Counted from the stretch's first letter, positions 26,427 through 37,357 are shown. The stretch is DNA of 64,000 nucleotides from Fibrobacter sp. (GCA_017649565.1 JAGCGO010000067.1:15091-79090); one strand, 5' to 3'. Made by a program: numbers and translations. Notes: generated by a model from the sequence alone, not told the origin.

Positions 26427-27710
26427 ATGAAGATTTTTTGTCTAGAAAAATTTTTTTTGCCTTTCGCGTTTGCGCTGATTCTTGTCGCATGCGGCACGGT
26501 AGAACCTCCCGAAACGGATGAGGGTTTTATCCCTGATGGCGAATTGAAATTTGCGCTTATTCCTAATGACAACGTTCCTGGGGATTCGGTTGATGCTAAT
26601 CTATCCCATGGGGTGAGAATTTTTGTCCATCCGAATGCCCATTACGAACTTTCGTTCGATAAAGATGTTTATTCCAGTTCAAAGCCCCAACTGCGCCTGT
26701 TCCGTGTTTATTGGAATGACCGGATGAAAAACTATGGGGCATCCTGGGTTCGCACGATTAATCCCGATGAGGAAGATGGCCGCTATGTATACAATTTTGT
26801 ATGTGAAGAAAGTGACCGGTCTATTTGGATTACCAGCTTGAACGACGGAAACGACTTCTACAACGGAACAACTAGAAATGTCCGGCTTAAGGCCCATGGT
26901 TCCTATTCCGATCATTTCTCGGTCAATCTGATTGTGGCTGGAAAAATCAAGGATCTCGATGTCAGTTACGATAGCCTTGCTCAGATGCTCCAGGAAGGCT
27001 TTGACCGTTTTTATACAAGCGTGAAGGTGGATACCGTGTATGTGCGCTTTGCCGATGAACATCCTACGCTTGGGAAAAAGTATCCGAAAACGGAGCCGTG
27101 GATTGCAGGCCGGACTTCCGATGATCAGATGATGACGGATTTGGGCGGTTGGCCCGAGTCAGAAGTGTATGATGCCCTGGATGTCGTTCTTGTCCACCGC
27201 TTCAAGCAGGAAGGCTTGCTCGGCTTGTCGGACATGTTTGGATCCAATATGTCTGGCGGTAGTGGAAGTACTGTGGTCGTGGCAAATCACATCCGGCAGG
27301 ATGGCGTGGATATGGTTATCGATGCGAAGAGGATTGTATATACAGCCTTGCACGAAATCGGGCATTTCTTCGGACTCCGTCATACAACGGCAACCTTTTC
27401 TGATCAGGTGGCGAATGGGGACTATTCCGTTTATGATGATGGCTTCACCGACACTCCCTATTGCTTTGAGAGCTTGAGTAGCAAAGCATTCTTGGCAAAG
27501 AAAGGTATGGCTGCCGATTTCAGACAGCCTTTCCGCCAGCAGGCTCCTCGATACAGGTTTGACGTTTCCGTGCAAGCCTTATCGAACGTTTCCTATTGCC
27601 CCGATGCATCCAACTTTATGTTCCCTATGGAATCCGAGACCGAACTCATTGGCTTTAGTGAACAACAGCTTGATGTTATCCGATCTAATCTGATGCTTAT
27701 GCCTCACTAG
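26427..27710 (+). CDS. Lipoprotein zinc metalloprotease (metzincin-like)
   Basis: Lipobox LVAC; HEIGHFFGLRH and NFMFP Met-turn. Confidence 0.8.
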   Translation: MKIFCLEKFFLPFAFALILVACGTVEPPETDEGFIPDGELKFALIPNDNVPGDSVDANLSHGVRIFVHPNAHYELSFDKDVYSSSKPQLRLFRVYWNDRMKNYGASWVRTINPDEEDGRYVYNFVCEESDRSIWITSLNDGNDFYNGTTRNVRLKAHGSYSDHFSVNLIVAGKIKDLDVSYDSLAQMLQEGFDRFYTSVKVDTVYVRFADEHPTLGKKYPKTEPWIAGRTSDDQMMTDLGGWPESEVYDALDVVLVHRFKQEGLLGLSDMFGSNMSGGSGSTVVVANHIRQDGVDMVIDAKRIVYTALHEIGHFFGLRHTTATFSDQVANGDYSVYDDGFTDTPYCFESLSSKAFLAKKGMAADFRQPFRQQAPRYRFDVSVQALSNVSYCPDASNFMFPMESETELIGFSEQQLDVIRSNLMLMPH

Positions 27711-27723
27711 GCGAGGTCCGTTT

Positions 27724-28260
27724 ATGATTGCTTCCCAGTTCTCAGAACAAGTCCAGCTCATCGCCTTTGTCTTGCAGAGGGGGGAGTGCTGGGATGACAC
27801 CGTCCTGGATGCGTTAGAAAAAACATGGGGGCCGATTCGGCACAGGGGCAAGCTTTTCGCGTTTGATCGGACGGGCTATTACGAACCCGAGATGGGGAAG
27901 GACCTTTATCGCGGGGTGGTGTCGTTCGAAAGGACTATCCCTGCTGAAACGATTGCGTTGGAAAAGGAGCGGAGTAACGCGCTGGAACTTTCTCTGGCGG
28001 CAAACCAATCTGCGCGCAATGTGAATATTGATATCGGCTACATGGATTTGGACAAGGTGGTCCTACCCAGCTACAAGAGGGGCCCGTACAAGCTCTATGC
28101 GGGCAAGGGAGTTTGGCTGGACATGCTATTGACCTATTCCAAGGGCCTTTTCCATCCGACAAAGTGGGCTTTTGAGGATTTTGTCAGGAATCCGTACCAG
28201 CATGACTTGCAATTGATTCGCGAAAAGTTTAAAAAAGCGGGTCTGGTGACAAACCTCTAG
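27724..28260 (+). CDS. DUF4416-family protein
   Basis: F..T.YY..EMG..L.R, R.VNID.GY, KLY..KG motifs. Confidence 0.75.
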   Translation: MIASQFSEQVQLIAFVLQRGECWDDTVLDALEKTWGPIRHRGKLFAFDRTGYYEPEMGKDLYRGVVSFERTIPAETIALEKERSNALELSLAANQSARNVNIDIGYMDLDKVVLPSYKRGPYKLYAGKGVWLDMLLTYSKGLFHPTKWAFEDFVRNPYQHDLQLIREKFKKAGLVTNL

Positions 28261-28286
28261 AACCAACAATTCTATATTGGAACCTG

Positions 28287-29534
28287 ATGAGAAATACATT
28301 TTTTAAATATTTGCCTATGCTGCTGCTGGCAGCATGCTATTCTCCCGAACCCTATGTGGCTTCCGCGGATGATGGCTCCTCGAAGGATGCGTCCGTCAGT
28401 TCCAAGATAGGGACTGTGTATCCGGTGAACAAGCTGCCGTCTCCGAGAAATCAGAATGCGCAGATCTGTAATCCTTCCGTCTCGCAGGATCCCGTGAATT
28501 TCCCGGCGTCGATGCTGTGGCTCAACTTCAGTGGCGACCTTGGGGTGAAAGCTCCCGATTCGGTATATAACGTGGTCGACGACAAAAAGAACAAGGTCAG
28601 GGTCCTCCAGCACGACCGACTGACTATTTCCGATACGTCGGAACATGTTCTTTGGTACCTGATGCGCGATACGGCCAATGGGGATTGCCAGTTCCAGGAT
28701 CCGGAATGGAGTACGCATCCCAACTTTATCGCATCGCTCCGTGCCTACGATGTCACGGGGAGCAAGGTGTGCGACGTCAGCAATTTGGACTACGGCATTA
28801 TCGCTGTCCGCATTTCGGACAAGAAACGCTTCGTGTTCTACAAGAAAAACGAGAGCGAGTACGGTGACCCGCATATTTGGGTAGACCCGTCCGTGACGGA
28901 AGTCGATACCTCCGCTTCGGATACGACAATCAGCGGTTTCTTCGGGACGGACAACGTGCGCCTTGTGTTTGTGAGGACTAAAGGCGAGGGCGAAAAGAAG
29001 GTCCGCGAATTTGTGTTCCGCGATTTTGCGAATGGCGGCAAGGAAGTGAAGCTGAAATTGCCGAAGGGCTACAACGGCAAGTCTCTCGAGAACCCGGTGA
29101 TTTCGCCGGATGGGCAATTTGTCGTCTATAACTTGGTTGATGGTACCAATTTGGAAGCCTACATCCAGGGGCTTTCCAAGGATGCAGAACCCATCAAGAT
29201 CGAGAGGGTTGCCGGGATGTTGAACGATCCGGCCATGCCGCGCTGGTTTAAGCTGGATAACCGCCTGTTTGTTGTATGGGCGGAATTCGTTTCGAATTTG
29301 GATTTCTCGTCGAACAGGAACGACTATACGCTTACGTCCGTTCAGGACGGTTCTATCGGGCGAACGGCCATGCGTGAAATACGCCTTGCTGCGGGGACGG
29401 CTTCCGACCTTGCTGTAGAGTGGATCGGTGATGTCCGCGATGTTGCGCCAGTTCCCATGATTGGTGGCCGTTCTTCGGATGGTCGTTATCTTGCGACGGG
29501 TACGAGTTACGGTTTCTTAATTAAACTTCCGTGA
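28287..29534 (+). CDS. Lipoprotein, probable beta-propeller
   Basis: Lipobox LAAC; DPEWS, NPVISPDG TolB-like motifs. Confidence 0.65.
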   Translation: MRNTFFKYLPMLLLAACYSPEPYVASADDGSSKDASVSSKIGTVYPVNKLPSPRNQNAQICNPSVSQDPVNFPASMLWLNFSGDLGVKAPDSVYNVVDDKKNKVRVLQHDRLTISDTSEHVLWYLMRDTANGDCQFQDPEWSTHPNFIASLRAYDVTGSKVCDVSNLDYGIIAVRISDKKRFVFYKKNESEYGDPHIWVDPSVTEVDTSASDTTISGFFGTDNVRLVFVRTKGEGEKKVREFVFRDFANGGKEVKLKLPKGYNGKSLENPVISPDGQFVVYNLVDGTNLEAYIQGLSKDAEPIKIERVAGMLNDPAMPRWFKLDNRLFVVWAEFVSNLDFSSNRNDYTLTSVQDGSIGRTAMREIRLAAGTASDLAVEWIGDVRDVAPVPMIGGRSSDGRYLATGTSYGFLIKLP

Positions 29535-29542
29535 GGCATGCC

Positions 29543-30664
29543 ATGAAACAGAGAAATATCGGATACGGTTTGTTGGTGGCTTTTGCTGTCGCGGGTGCGT
29601 TCTTTGTCGGTCTTGAATCTCCTGTTGAAGTCTCGACTCCGTGGGAATCCATTGGCGGTTGCGGTGCCGGTGGTTCCGGCGGCGGTTCCGGTGATGGCAT
29701 CAAGTGGATTGGCCAGGGCGTTTCGGGCGGTTACCTTGAAACGGAAGTGTTCACGAAGTACAACGTGGGCCAGAACTTTTCGGCGCTCACGCTTTCCCCG
29801 CATTTCTCCATCAAGCCGACATGGTCAACCAAGTTGGGCGTGACGGTTCCCTGGATGTCGCACAGGGGCGAAGTGCAGTATCGAAGCAACCAGGCTCCGG
29901 TGGACCGCAGCACAGGCGGCTTCGGCGACATGTCGTTTGACTTCTCGAAGACAATCGGTAGCGGTGGCGCGGCTTCGCTGTCGGCATCCCTTACTATCCC
30001 GACCGGACAGTACGACATCAAGCGCGGAACGGACGGTGCCGAGATGATCCTGCCTTCGAGTTTCCAGAAGGGTTCCGGTCTTTATTCGCTTACTCTCGGC
30101 TGGGATTACAGCCGCGATACGGACAAGGGAATTTGGCTGTATGGCCTGACTTACACGCATCCGTTCGCGATGCACCTGATTTCGGGCGAGAACGAGTTCA
30201 ATGATTCCTATTGGAAGGACTACGACCATTCTGACGACCGGTTCGAGTACCGTTTCAAACCGTACGGCGAAAACGACCTTGGTGCTTTTACTCCGTCGTC
30301 TGTGGGCGCTTCGATTGCTTATGGTTATCGCGGACGTGCAGGCATTGTCCAGTCGTTCGGGGTTACGTTCTCCGCGCCTCTCGGCGTTGCCTGGATTTCT
30401 TCGGAAAAGACCGGCGTGTATGACCCGCGCCCTGACCCCGATCACAAGGCTTGGTCCGGTGCTTTCGTTTACGGCATAGAATTCTCGGACGCCTCGTTCC
30501 CGGTGTTCCTCGCGCTTTCGTTGCCTCTCCACGACAAGGCGAATGCGGCTGACCCTGCCGACGAATACGACGAGTCCCCGATGAAAAAGTGGGACGCTCC
30601 TGACTGGGATGACTTCCTGCAGCAGTGGACAATCGCTGTCGGCATCAAGGGGTGCTTCTTCTAG
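29543..30664 (+). CDS. Exported, probable outer-membrane protein
   Basis: Signal peptide, GFGD and L.IPTG motifs, terminal FF. Confidence 0.6.
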   Translation: MKQRNIGYGLLVAFAVAGAFFVGLESPVEVSTPWESIGGCGAGGSGGGSGDGIKWIGQGVSGGYLETEVFTKYNVGQNFSALTLSPHFSIKPTWSTKLGVTVPWMSHRGEVQYRSNQAPVDRSTGGFGDMSFDFSKTIGSGGAASLSASLTIPTGQYDIKRGTDGAEMILPSSFQKGSGLYSLTLGWDYSRDTDKGIWLYGLTYTHPFAMHLISGENEFNDSYWKDYDHSDDRFEYRFKPYGENDLGAFTPSSVGASIAYGYRGRAGIVQSFGVTFSAPLGVAWISSEKTGVYDPRPDPDHKAWSGAFVYGIEFSDASFPVFLALSLPLHDKANAADPADEYDESPMKKWDAPDWDDFLQQWTIAVGIKGCFF

Positions 30665-30673
30665 GCACGAGGC

Positions 30674-31567
30674 TTACGCTCTCGGGTGTGTCTTCTTGAA
30701 GGCTGCTCTCAGCCTTTCTGCATTTACGTGCGTGTAGACTTGTGTGGTCGAGATGCTCGAGTGTCCGAGCATTTCCTTTACGCTCATGATTTCGGCACCG
30801 TTTTCAAGCAAGTGCGTGGCAAAACTGTGGCGCAGTACGTGTGGGCTCGCCTTTCCTTCCCAGCCGATTTTACGCAGCAGGTCGTGGATGTCGTTGCGCA
30901 GCGTGCGGATGCTGTAGGGCTTGCCGTCTTCGCCTAGGAACAATGGGCTTGTTGGCAGGGGAATGCGCCCGCTCTCGGCTAGGAAAACCTTGAACATTTC
31001 CATGTACCTGAGCGTGGAGTCCGTCACCGGGACAATGCGTTCCTTGTTTCCCTTACCGATAACGCGCACCAGTCGTTCGCTTGTACGGATCTGGTCCCAG
31101 CGCAGACCTTGGCATTCCGAGATTCGCAACCCGGAGCCGTAGATGAGCTCCAGGAGGAGCCGTGCGCGGACGTCCGGCAATGTCGGGTTGTCGAGTTCGG
31201 GGAACTTTTCGGCGGACAGGTCCTTTTGCCCGAGGACGGCGACCAGCCTCTTGGGACGTTTGGGCATGGGGACGTTTTCGGCCGGATTTGTCTCCAGCAC
31301 CTTTGAACGTACCAGGTACTTGCCGAAACTCTTGAGTGCGGCGAGATGTTCGCAGATGCTTGCCGGTGAGAGCCGTTGCCTCATTTTCAGGTCCCAGACG
31401 AAAGCCTTGATGTTCGCCTCGTTCAGCGCTTCTATGTCTGTATTTTCATCCAGGCGTTCCGAGAATTTGTCAAGAGATTTCTTGTACGTGGTTACCGTGC
31501 GCGGCGAGAATTTCCGCTGCGTGGAAAGGTAGGTCAGGAAATCGGTGATGCGGTTTCGAAGCGTCAT
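30674..31567 (-). CDS. xerC: Tyrosine recombinase XerC
   Basis: YGSGLRISE, GKGNKER.VP, SPHVLRHSFATHLL, LGH....TTQVY. Confidence 0.85.
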   Translation of the reverse strand: MTLRNRITDFLTYLSTQRKFSPRTVTTYKKSLDKFSERLDENTDIEALNEANIKAFVWDLKMRQRLSPASICEHLAALKSFGKYLVRSKVLETNPAENVPMPKRPKRLVAVLGQKDLSAEKFPELDNPTLPDVRARLLLELIYGSGLRISECQGLRWDQIRTSERLVRVIGKGNKERIVPVTDSTLRYMEMFKVFLAESGRIPLPTSPLFLGEDGKPYSIRTLRNDIHDLLRKIGWEGKASPHVLRHSFATHLLENGAEIMSVKEMLGHSSISTTQVYTHVNAERLRAAFKKTHPRA

Positions 31568-31620
31568 GGGAAAATGTCCTGGGCTGCTCTGAAAAAATAA
31601 TCTATTTTAGGTTTCGTAAA

Positions 31621-32925
31621 ATGATGATTGACTGTCTTTTGAAGAAGTGTTGCGCTCCGCGTCCTTTTTTGGGTCGTCCGCTGGTAGCGGTCGCCCTTGT
31701 GTCCGCTTTTGTATGTTCTGCACCTGTGTGCGCCATGGAGCGGGTTACCGGGGCTAACGCGACCTTGGATATCGAGCCGGGGGCGCGCTCTGCCGCACTG
31801 GGTTCGGCGACGATGGCTATCGACGGGGACTATCTTGGACTCATGTCCAATCCGTACCAGCTGTCGGGCGTACACTACACTTGGGCGTCGTTCTCGCATA
31901 CCGAGTACTACGAAGATACGAAGTATGACTACGCTTCGGTCGTCACTCCGCTTTCCGAAGGCCAGGCCCTGGGCATTTCCTTCTCGCGCTTTGGCGCAGA
32001 CGACATCCCCTGGGTCAAGGAAGGCGAACCTTTGCCGGAGGGCTCCAACTACAAGACGCTTTCTATCGCGGACTGGGTCCTTGGTATTTCGTGGGGCCGG
32101 AGCATTACCGAAAGATTGTCGGTGGGTGCTGCGTTTAATGTCCTTTATCGCGAAATGGACCAGACGGGCTGGGGCTTCCGTGGCGATGCCGGCCTTCGTT
32201 ATCGTGCAATCGATCAGCTATACCTCGCGGCATTCCTCAAGGGCTGGACCTCTTCGGCCGTTACCTGGGAATCCGGTACGACGGAGTATTCCTCCCCGGA
32301 ACTGTACGCTGCCGCAAGCTACTTCTTGAATGTCCCTTACCTGTATGGTTCTCTGGGCCTTTACTGGCAGGGAGCCGGACTCTTCCATTCCGAGGCCCGC
32401 GACTTGGAGCTCGAAACGGACGAGGACCGCGGCAAGCCTATCTGGAAGGACCCGTTGGATTGGCTTTCGGGTGGCCGTGGGGGCATGGAATTCCTGTTTG
32501 ATTTCGGTCTGTCTGTCCGATTGGGCTTGGCCAGTTTCACTACCTTCGGGAGCGTGACTGCCGGTGCAGGCCTTGTCGTAGCCAAGTTCTTGAAAATCGA
32601 CTATGCCTTTGAATCCCACCCGGAACTCTCTGCCGTGCACAGGGTTAGCGTGAGCGTGAGCCCGTATCTGTTCAGCCACAACGAAGAGCGTGCCCGCCCG
32701 CGTCTGTCGCCGTCGGAGGCCGCTCGTGGCCCGCTCCAGGAAAACGACAGTGACGACGATGCCCCGATCGAGGACCCCTCGGCACCACAGGAAAGTGCCG
32801 CACCTTCGGCCTCGCAGAATGCTCCCGCTGCTGCCAATCAAAGTGCCCCTGCTGCCGAACCGGTCAAGTCGCCAGAGGAAGTTGAACCTCTCGCTCCGTC
32901 CGGAGGAACCTTCTGGGAAGAGTAA
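31621..32925 (+). CDS. PorV/PorQ-like (UPF0164) outer-membrane barrel with Pro/Ala-rich tail
   Basis: L.I.PGARSAALG, NP, IDYA..HRVS motifs. Confidence 0.7.
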   Translation: MMIDCLLKKCCAPRPFLGRPLVAVALVSAFVCSAPVCAMERVTGANATLDIEPGARSAALGSATMAIDGDYLGLMSNPYQLSGVHYTWASFSHTEYYEDTKYDYASVVTPLSEGQALGISFSRFGADDIPWVKEGEPLPEGSNYKTLSIADWVLGISWGRSITERLSVGAAFNVLYREMDQTGWGFRGDAGLRYRAIDQLYLAAFLKGWTSSAVTWESGTTEYSSPELYAAASYFLNVPYLYGSLGLYWQGAGLFHSEARDLELETDEDRGKPIWKDPLDWLSGGRGGMEFLFDFGLSVRLGLASFTTFGSVTAGAGLVVAKFLKIDYAFESHPELSAVHRVSVSVSPYLFSHNEERARPRLSPSEAARGPLQENDSDDDAPIEDPSAPQESAAPSASQNAPAAANQSAPAAEPVKSPEEVEPLAPSGGTFWEE

Positions 32926-32992
32926 TAGGGGAGGAATAATTGCCATTTTTGGTGATTTTTCTCACTTTCTTAAAATTTTTTTATAAATTTGA

Positions 32993-33664
32993 TTGTATAT
33001 GGACCAGTTGAAGAACTATCGTGAAGTAGGAATTTTTGACTTGTTGTCGGCGCCACTGAACCCCATTGGCGCTTTTGACGCTGAACAATTCAAGAAAGAT
33101 GTTCGCGCATTGTTGGACGAGCGCTCCGAGGACAAGTTCGTCGCCGTCGACTTGGCTGGCCTAGATTTCCTTTACAGCGATGCCTATAACGCCTTGCTCC
33201 TTTTCCAGACGGAGCTGTCCGCTCGTGGTGGCATGATGGCCATGCTCACGAACAACACGACGATTATCGACGGACTCAAGAAGGCCGGACTCGACAAGAA
33301 ACTCAAGGTTTTTGCCTTCGAGGCGGAGATGATGGCGTTCTCGCTGCATAACCAGGCCCCGCAGGAACCGTCGATGATCACCATCGATCCGGTGGAGCCT
33401 GTCGCAGAGCAACCCCAGGTGGCTTCGCAGAATACCTATTCTGGAAATGCAGCCCCTGCACCGAGCGGTTCCCTGGACCGTCGTACGGGTTCTCATCGCA
33501 AGTTTACCAAGAGTTTCAACGCCATCTCCAAGGACGAGGAAAAGCTGGCGAAGAAGGGGATGAACATGCCCTTCGACGAGGAAAAGTCTCCGGCGCGCAC
33601 GGTGCTGACCATCATTTTGCTGGTTGTCCTGATTGGCGGCTTGCTGGCCTATTTGCTCATCTAA
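32993..33664 (+). CDS. STAS-domain membrane-anchored protein
   Basis: VAVDLAGLDFLYS..GG.M..L..GLD; C-terminal TM. Confidence 0.7.
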   Translation: MYMDQLKNYREVGIFDLLSAPLNPIGAFDAEQFKKDVRALLDERSEDKFVAVDLAGLDFLYSDAYNALLLFQTELSARGGMMAMLTNNTTIIDGLKKAGLDKKLKVFAFEAEMMAFSLHNQAPQEPSMITIDPVEPVAEQPQVASQNTYSGNAAPAPSGSLDRRTGSHRKFTKSFNAISKDEEKLAKKGMNMPFDEEKSPARTVLTIILLVVLIGGLLAYLLI

Positions 33665-33670
33665 CTCAAA

Positions 33671-34588
33671 ATGGCAGTCGAGTTTTCGGAATACCGGGGG
33701 AAGAGGAAGCGTTCTTTCCACAAGCGTAGGATTCCGCTCCTGAGAATTTTGTTCCTGGTCGCACTGGTGTCCGTTGCCTTTGCGCTGGGCCTTTTCCGCA
33801 AGATTGCTGATGCTGTCGTTATGTGTTTGAACAAACCTGCCCCGGTCGTGCTGACTTGGGAAACTATGTGCGATAGTGCGGGCGGGACATACGCTGAATT
33901 GGCGAAAGGTTTCAGGGAGTGTTCGTGGAATATTGGTGACTCGGCTGCCGACTATCCGACGCCGATGTTGCGCTACATTGCCTCGATGAGGAATACCGGG
34001 GCGTCCCGGATCCGCTGGGTTGCCGCTGCCGACGATTTTACGGGTGGCATGCTGGTGCGTCTCGAGGGCGATTCCATGTCACATAATTTTTTGCATGTGG
34101 TCAAGAACGATTCGGTCCGCTATTGGATTGACGAGGAAACGGGCTGCCTGTTTCCGGGGCTCTGTCCGCGACGTCCGCTGGGCTGGGCTGCTGTTCCTAT
34201 ATCGGTCAATTTCGACTTCGAGGGTCAGGATTCTCTACTCACAAAGGACGTGTTCTGCGGTGAAAGCGAATCCCCTGTTTATCCTGTGCTGTCGGGCGTA
34301 GTGCTTGACGTAGGGAAGGATTCATTCGGTTACTTTGTTGAAATCGATCATGGCGACAACGTGACGACAAGAACGTCCGGGATGGGCTTCTGGTCTACTC
34401 CGCTTTCGGTGGGGGACTCTGTCTATGCCGATGCCCCCGTGGGTAGGCTCATGCCGCAGGACAGCGCCATGTTTTTCCTGACGGTTCGCCGGAACGGTTT
34501 ATTTGTGCGGTGGAACGATTTCTACGGATATACACATCCGGTGGATTCTGCCTCAATTGCTATATTCAAGAAAAGAAACGGTTTTTGA
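33671..34588 (+). CDS. Degenerate M23 peptidase-like protein
   Basis: PV..V.SG.V, GYFVEIDHG, VGD.V...G; HxH metal ligands missing. Confidence 0.6.
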   Translation: MAVEFSEYRGKRKRSFHKRRIPLLRILFLVALVSVAFALGLFRKIADAVVMCLNKPAPVVLTWETMCDSAGGTYAELAKGFRECSWNIGDSAADYPTPMLRYIASMRNTGASRIRWVAAADDFTGGMLVRLEGDSMSHNFLHVVKNDSVRYWIDEETGCLFPGLCPRRPLGWAAVPISVNFDFEGQDSLLTKDVFCGESESPVYPVLSGVVLDVGKDSFGYFVEIDHGDNVTTRTSGMGFWSTPLSVGDSVYADAPVGRLMPQDSAMFFLTVRRNGLFVRWNDFYGYTHPVDSASIAIFKKRNGF

Positions 34589-34600
34589 TTCGAGGTTGCC

Positions 34601-35692
34601 GTGTTCCTGAAGATGTTCTCTGCCTGTATTCGACTAGCCCTGCTTGCGGCATTGGTTGTCGTGTCGGCTTGTACGCAGAGCGAGGACGGCCCCCTGGACG
34701 TTTCCCTGGAAAAGTTTGATTTTGTCCGTACGGGTTACTATCTGCGTCCGCAACTGGATTCCGGAAAGTCCATCCATTTGGTGCAGGATACGCTGTACTT
34801 CAAGATGGACAGCATGTGGACGTACTCGAATTGCGCCCTCAAGAGCATTTCCTATGATAACCGGAGGGAAGATTCCATTTATCGCATCAAGACGGTTCTC
34901 CATCTGGAACCGTCGTCCGAGGATTGCGCGTCCCCTTACTATAGGCCCAGCGTCACGACCAAGATTGTCTTATCCGAGGAAGATCTCGAGGGGATAACCC
35001 GCATTATCGCTTCGGATACGTATGATTCCATTTTCGATACGGTTCGTGTTCTCCGTGGGGACATTTCGCTGGATACATTCAAGATATACGTCGACAGCAT
35101 GTTTAACTTCAAGGACAGCCTGCCCTTGCGTACGAAGGGTTCCCCGTCGCTTTTGAAGGTGCTGGATTCCATCACCCCCCAGGAATTCTATTGGAGGCCG
35201 ATGAAATCGAAATGCCGGATGAAAATTTCCGAATGCGACACGTTGGTTTCTGACACGCTCTTTCCGCAAACATGGAAACTCAACGATACCTTGCTTGTCC
35301 CGGTGCGCCAGGCTTGTGCCGATTCCGATGAGATCTACTGCATGTCGTCTTACTGGGAGAACGATTCCTCTGCGCTGGGAGACGTGCATGTTCACCGCGA
35401 TACGGTATGGAATACGAGTATGTTTATCGTGGAAAAAGTGCCGGCCTGCGCTACGTATGATCGTTACGAATATAGGTTGATGCAGGTTGGCTACACGGGA
35501 ACGTTCACCCGCGAACTCTTTTCTCCCAATGAATCGGAAACTTCGTGCGGCCCGTTGACTAGGGACAGTTGGATGGCCATTCGCGTTTCGAATGGCAAGA
35601 TGGTCCTTGACAACGATTCTCTTGTGATGGCAGAAAGCTTGTACAAGGCCTGGAAGAAGGCGAAGGTCGCTCCAAGCAAGGCTAAAAAATGA
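34601..35692 (+). CDS. Hypothetical lipoprotein
   Basis: Lipobox VSAC; within an operon. Confidence 0.65.
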   Translation: MFLKMFSACIRLALLAALVVVSACTQSEDGPLDVSLEKFDFVRTGYYLRPQLDSGKSIHLVQDTLYFKMDSMWTYSNCALKSISYDNRREDSIYRIKTVLHLEPSSEDCASPYYRPSVTTKIVLSEEDLEGITRIIASDTYDSIFDTVRVLRGDISLDTFKIYVDSMFNFKDSLPLRTKGSPSLLKVLDSITPQEFYWRPMKSKCRMKISECDTLVSDTLFPQTWKLNDTLLVPVRQACADSDEIYCMSSYWENDSSALGDVHVHRDTVWNTSMFIVEKVPACATYDRYEYRLMQVGYTGTFTRELFSPNESETSCGPLTRDSWMAIRVSNGKMVLDNDSLVMAESLYKAWKKAKVAPSKAKK

Positions 35693-36423
35693 TCGAATAT
35701 ACCTTTGCGGCGGAAATCGCCGAGGCCGACAAGCCGGTTATCTTGAATAGCCGGATTTTTACGGAGTGGCTTAATCGCTCCCAGGAAAAATTTATCGTAT
35801 CGAAGATACATTTCTCGTCGGTAGACTTCCTGACCAAGACACATGAGCCGCTGTTCATCAAGCTTACGGCGACGGCGACGCTTCCCGACGGGAAACCCGT
35901 GCATGGCATTGTCCTTGTGCGCGGGAATGCTGTCGGTGTGCTGGTGGTCTTGAACTGCGAGGGCAAGAAGTACTTGCTGCTGGTGCGGCAACCCAGGTTC
36001 CCCATTTCCGAGAGGGCATCCCTGGAAATTCCGGCGGGCATTCTCGACTGGACGGGCGACTACCGCAAGGTGGCGCTTTCTGAACTAGCCGAAGAGGCGC
36101 AGATTGTTGCCGAGGATTCCGAACTCATTGACTTGACCCGTTTCTGGTGGGGCGATTCCGTAGACGGTTTTGCATGCAGCTGTGGCTTGCTGGACGAACG
36201 TATTCGCTTGTACGCAATTGAGAGAACCGTGACTCCGGAACAGCTCCGCGCCATGGACGGCAAGGACCAGACCTACACGGACGAAAACGAGTGGATCCGC
36301 ACGGAAGTACTGCCTTACGAGGAGGCCGCACACCAGTTTGTCGACGGGAAAAACTTGATAGCCCTGTTCCTATACGAACGGTGGAATGAGGCTCGAGGCA
36401 CGAGGCCCGAGGCGCGAGCCTAA
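35689..36423 (+). CDS. NUDIX hydrolase (ADP-sugar pyrophosphatase-like)
   Basis: LVRQPR, LEIPAGILD....A.SEL.EE Nudix box. Confidence 0.85.
   Translation: MIEYTFAAEIAEADKPVILNSRIFTEWLNRSQEKFIVSKIHFSSVDFLTKTHEPLFIKLTATATLPDGKPVHGIVLVRGNAVGVLVVLNCEGKKYLLLVRQPRFPISERASLEIPAGILDWTGDYRKVALSELAEEAQIVAEDSELIDLTRFWWGDSVDGFACSCGLLDERIRLYAIERTVTPEQLRAMDGKDQTYTDENEWIRTEVLPYEEAAHQFVDGKNLIALFLYERWNEARGTRPEARA
36388..36420. repeat. GAGGCNC heptamer array at the 3' end of the NUDIX gene
   Basis: GAGGCTC GAGGCAC GAGGCCC GAGGCGC. Confidence 0.65.
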
Positions 36424-36629
36424 AAAATCGTATTGTTGATCGTCAGGCCGACGAAGAACACGATAAGGTAGCCGTACCAGAGTCCGGTCAAAACGTAGTT
36501 CAGCTTGCGCTTGTACGCCTTGGGTTCGTTCTTGTTCTTTTCACGAATACGAATAACGTTTTTTTTCAGGAAGAACAGGCTGATGCCGAGCCCGATAAGA
36601 CTTGCGATAATCAATAGTACGTATGCCAT
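36420..36629 (-). CDS. Small two-TM membrane protein
   Basis: 69 aa, two hydrophobic helices around a basic loop. Confidence 0.65.
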   Translation of the reverse strand: MAYVLLIIASLIGLGISLFFLKKNVIRIREKNKNEPKAYKRKLNYVLTGLWYGYLIVFFVGLTINNTIF

Positions 36630-36907
36630 AGCGGGGTAGAAGATAACTTTTTTTTTGCGCTATTTGCCCGTTTTTGTTCTGGAAAAGTCGAAAAAGGTCC
36701 TCGGGGTGGCCACGATTGCCGCGAAATGGCTCCAAATGGCTTTAAATGGGGGCACTCCCGTATACGGGGGGTTGAACAATCCCCTTAAATTTTCTCTATT
36801 TGTACGCGGTTTTTTGACTGTCCGTGGAGGACGTCCCGCTTTGAACCGTGATTCAGAGCAAGACATCCTCCGTTATACGGACGGCAATTTTAATATACGA
36901 GGTTTAT

Positions 36908-37357
36908 TTGGTAAGCCAAGAAAAGCTGAATGCTCTTATTGCCGAGGTCTGCGAGGCCCAGCATGTCACGTTGGTAGAAGCCGACATGTTCCGGGCTGGC
37001 AAGCGCAAGACGCTTCGCCTGTATATCGACAAACCCGAGGGCGTGAGCATTGACGATTGTTCTGGTGTGAGCAGGCATCTTTCCGATGCGCTTGACCAAA
37101 ATCCGGATTTGATTGAGGGTGCCTACACGCTTGAGGTGTCTTCGCCGGGATTGGACCGCCCCTTGAAGTCGGTCGCAGATTTTCTCCGTAACAAGGGTCG
37201 CTTTATTCGAGTGACCAGGAGCACCGGGAAGCCCCTGACGGGCAAACTGGTGGACGCGGACGAGCAGAGCCTGAAGCTCTCGCTCAAGGGCAACGCGGGC
37301 GAGATTGAAGTGCCGCTTGCCGAAGTGCTCGTCGCGAAAGTGGATGTACAAATATAA
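36908..37357 (+). CDS. rimP: Ribosome maturation factor RimP
   Basis: LRLYIDK..GVSIDDC..VSR, YTLEVSSPGLDRPL; TTG start after GAGGT. Confidence 0.93.
   Translation: MVSQEKLNALIAEVCEAQHVTLVEADMFRAGKRKTLRLYIDKPEGVSIDDCSGVSRHLSDALDQNPDLIEGAYTLEVSSPGLDRPLKSVADFLRNKGRFIRVTRSTGKPLTGKLVDADEQSLKLSLKGNAGEIEVPLAEVLVAKVDVQI

Noticed and set aside
30674-31567. Tyrosine recombinase as a prophage or island integrase
   Set aside because: XerC-like size and motifs in a housekeeping context; no att sites or mobile cargo
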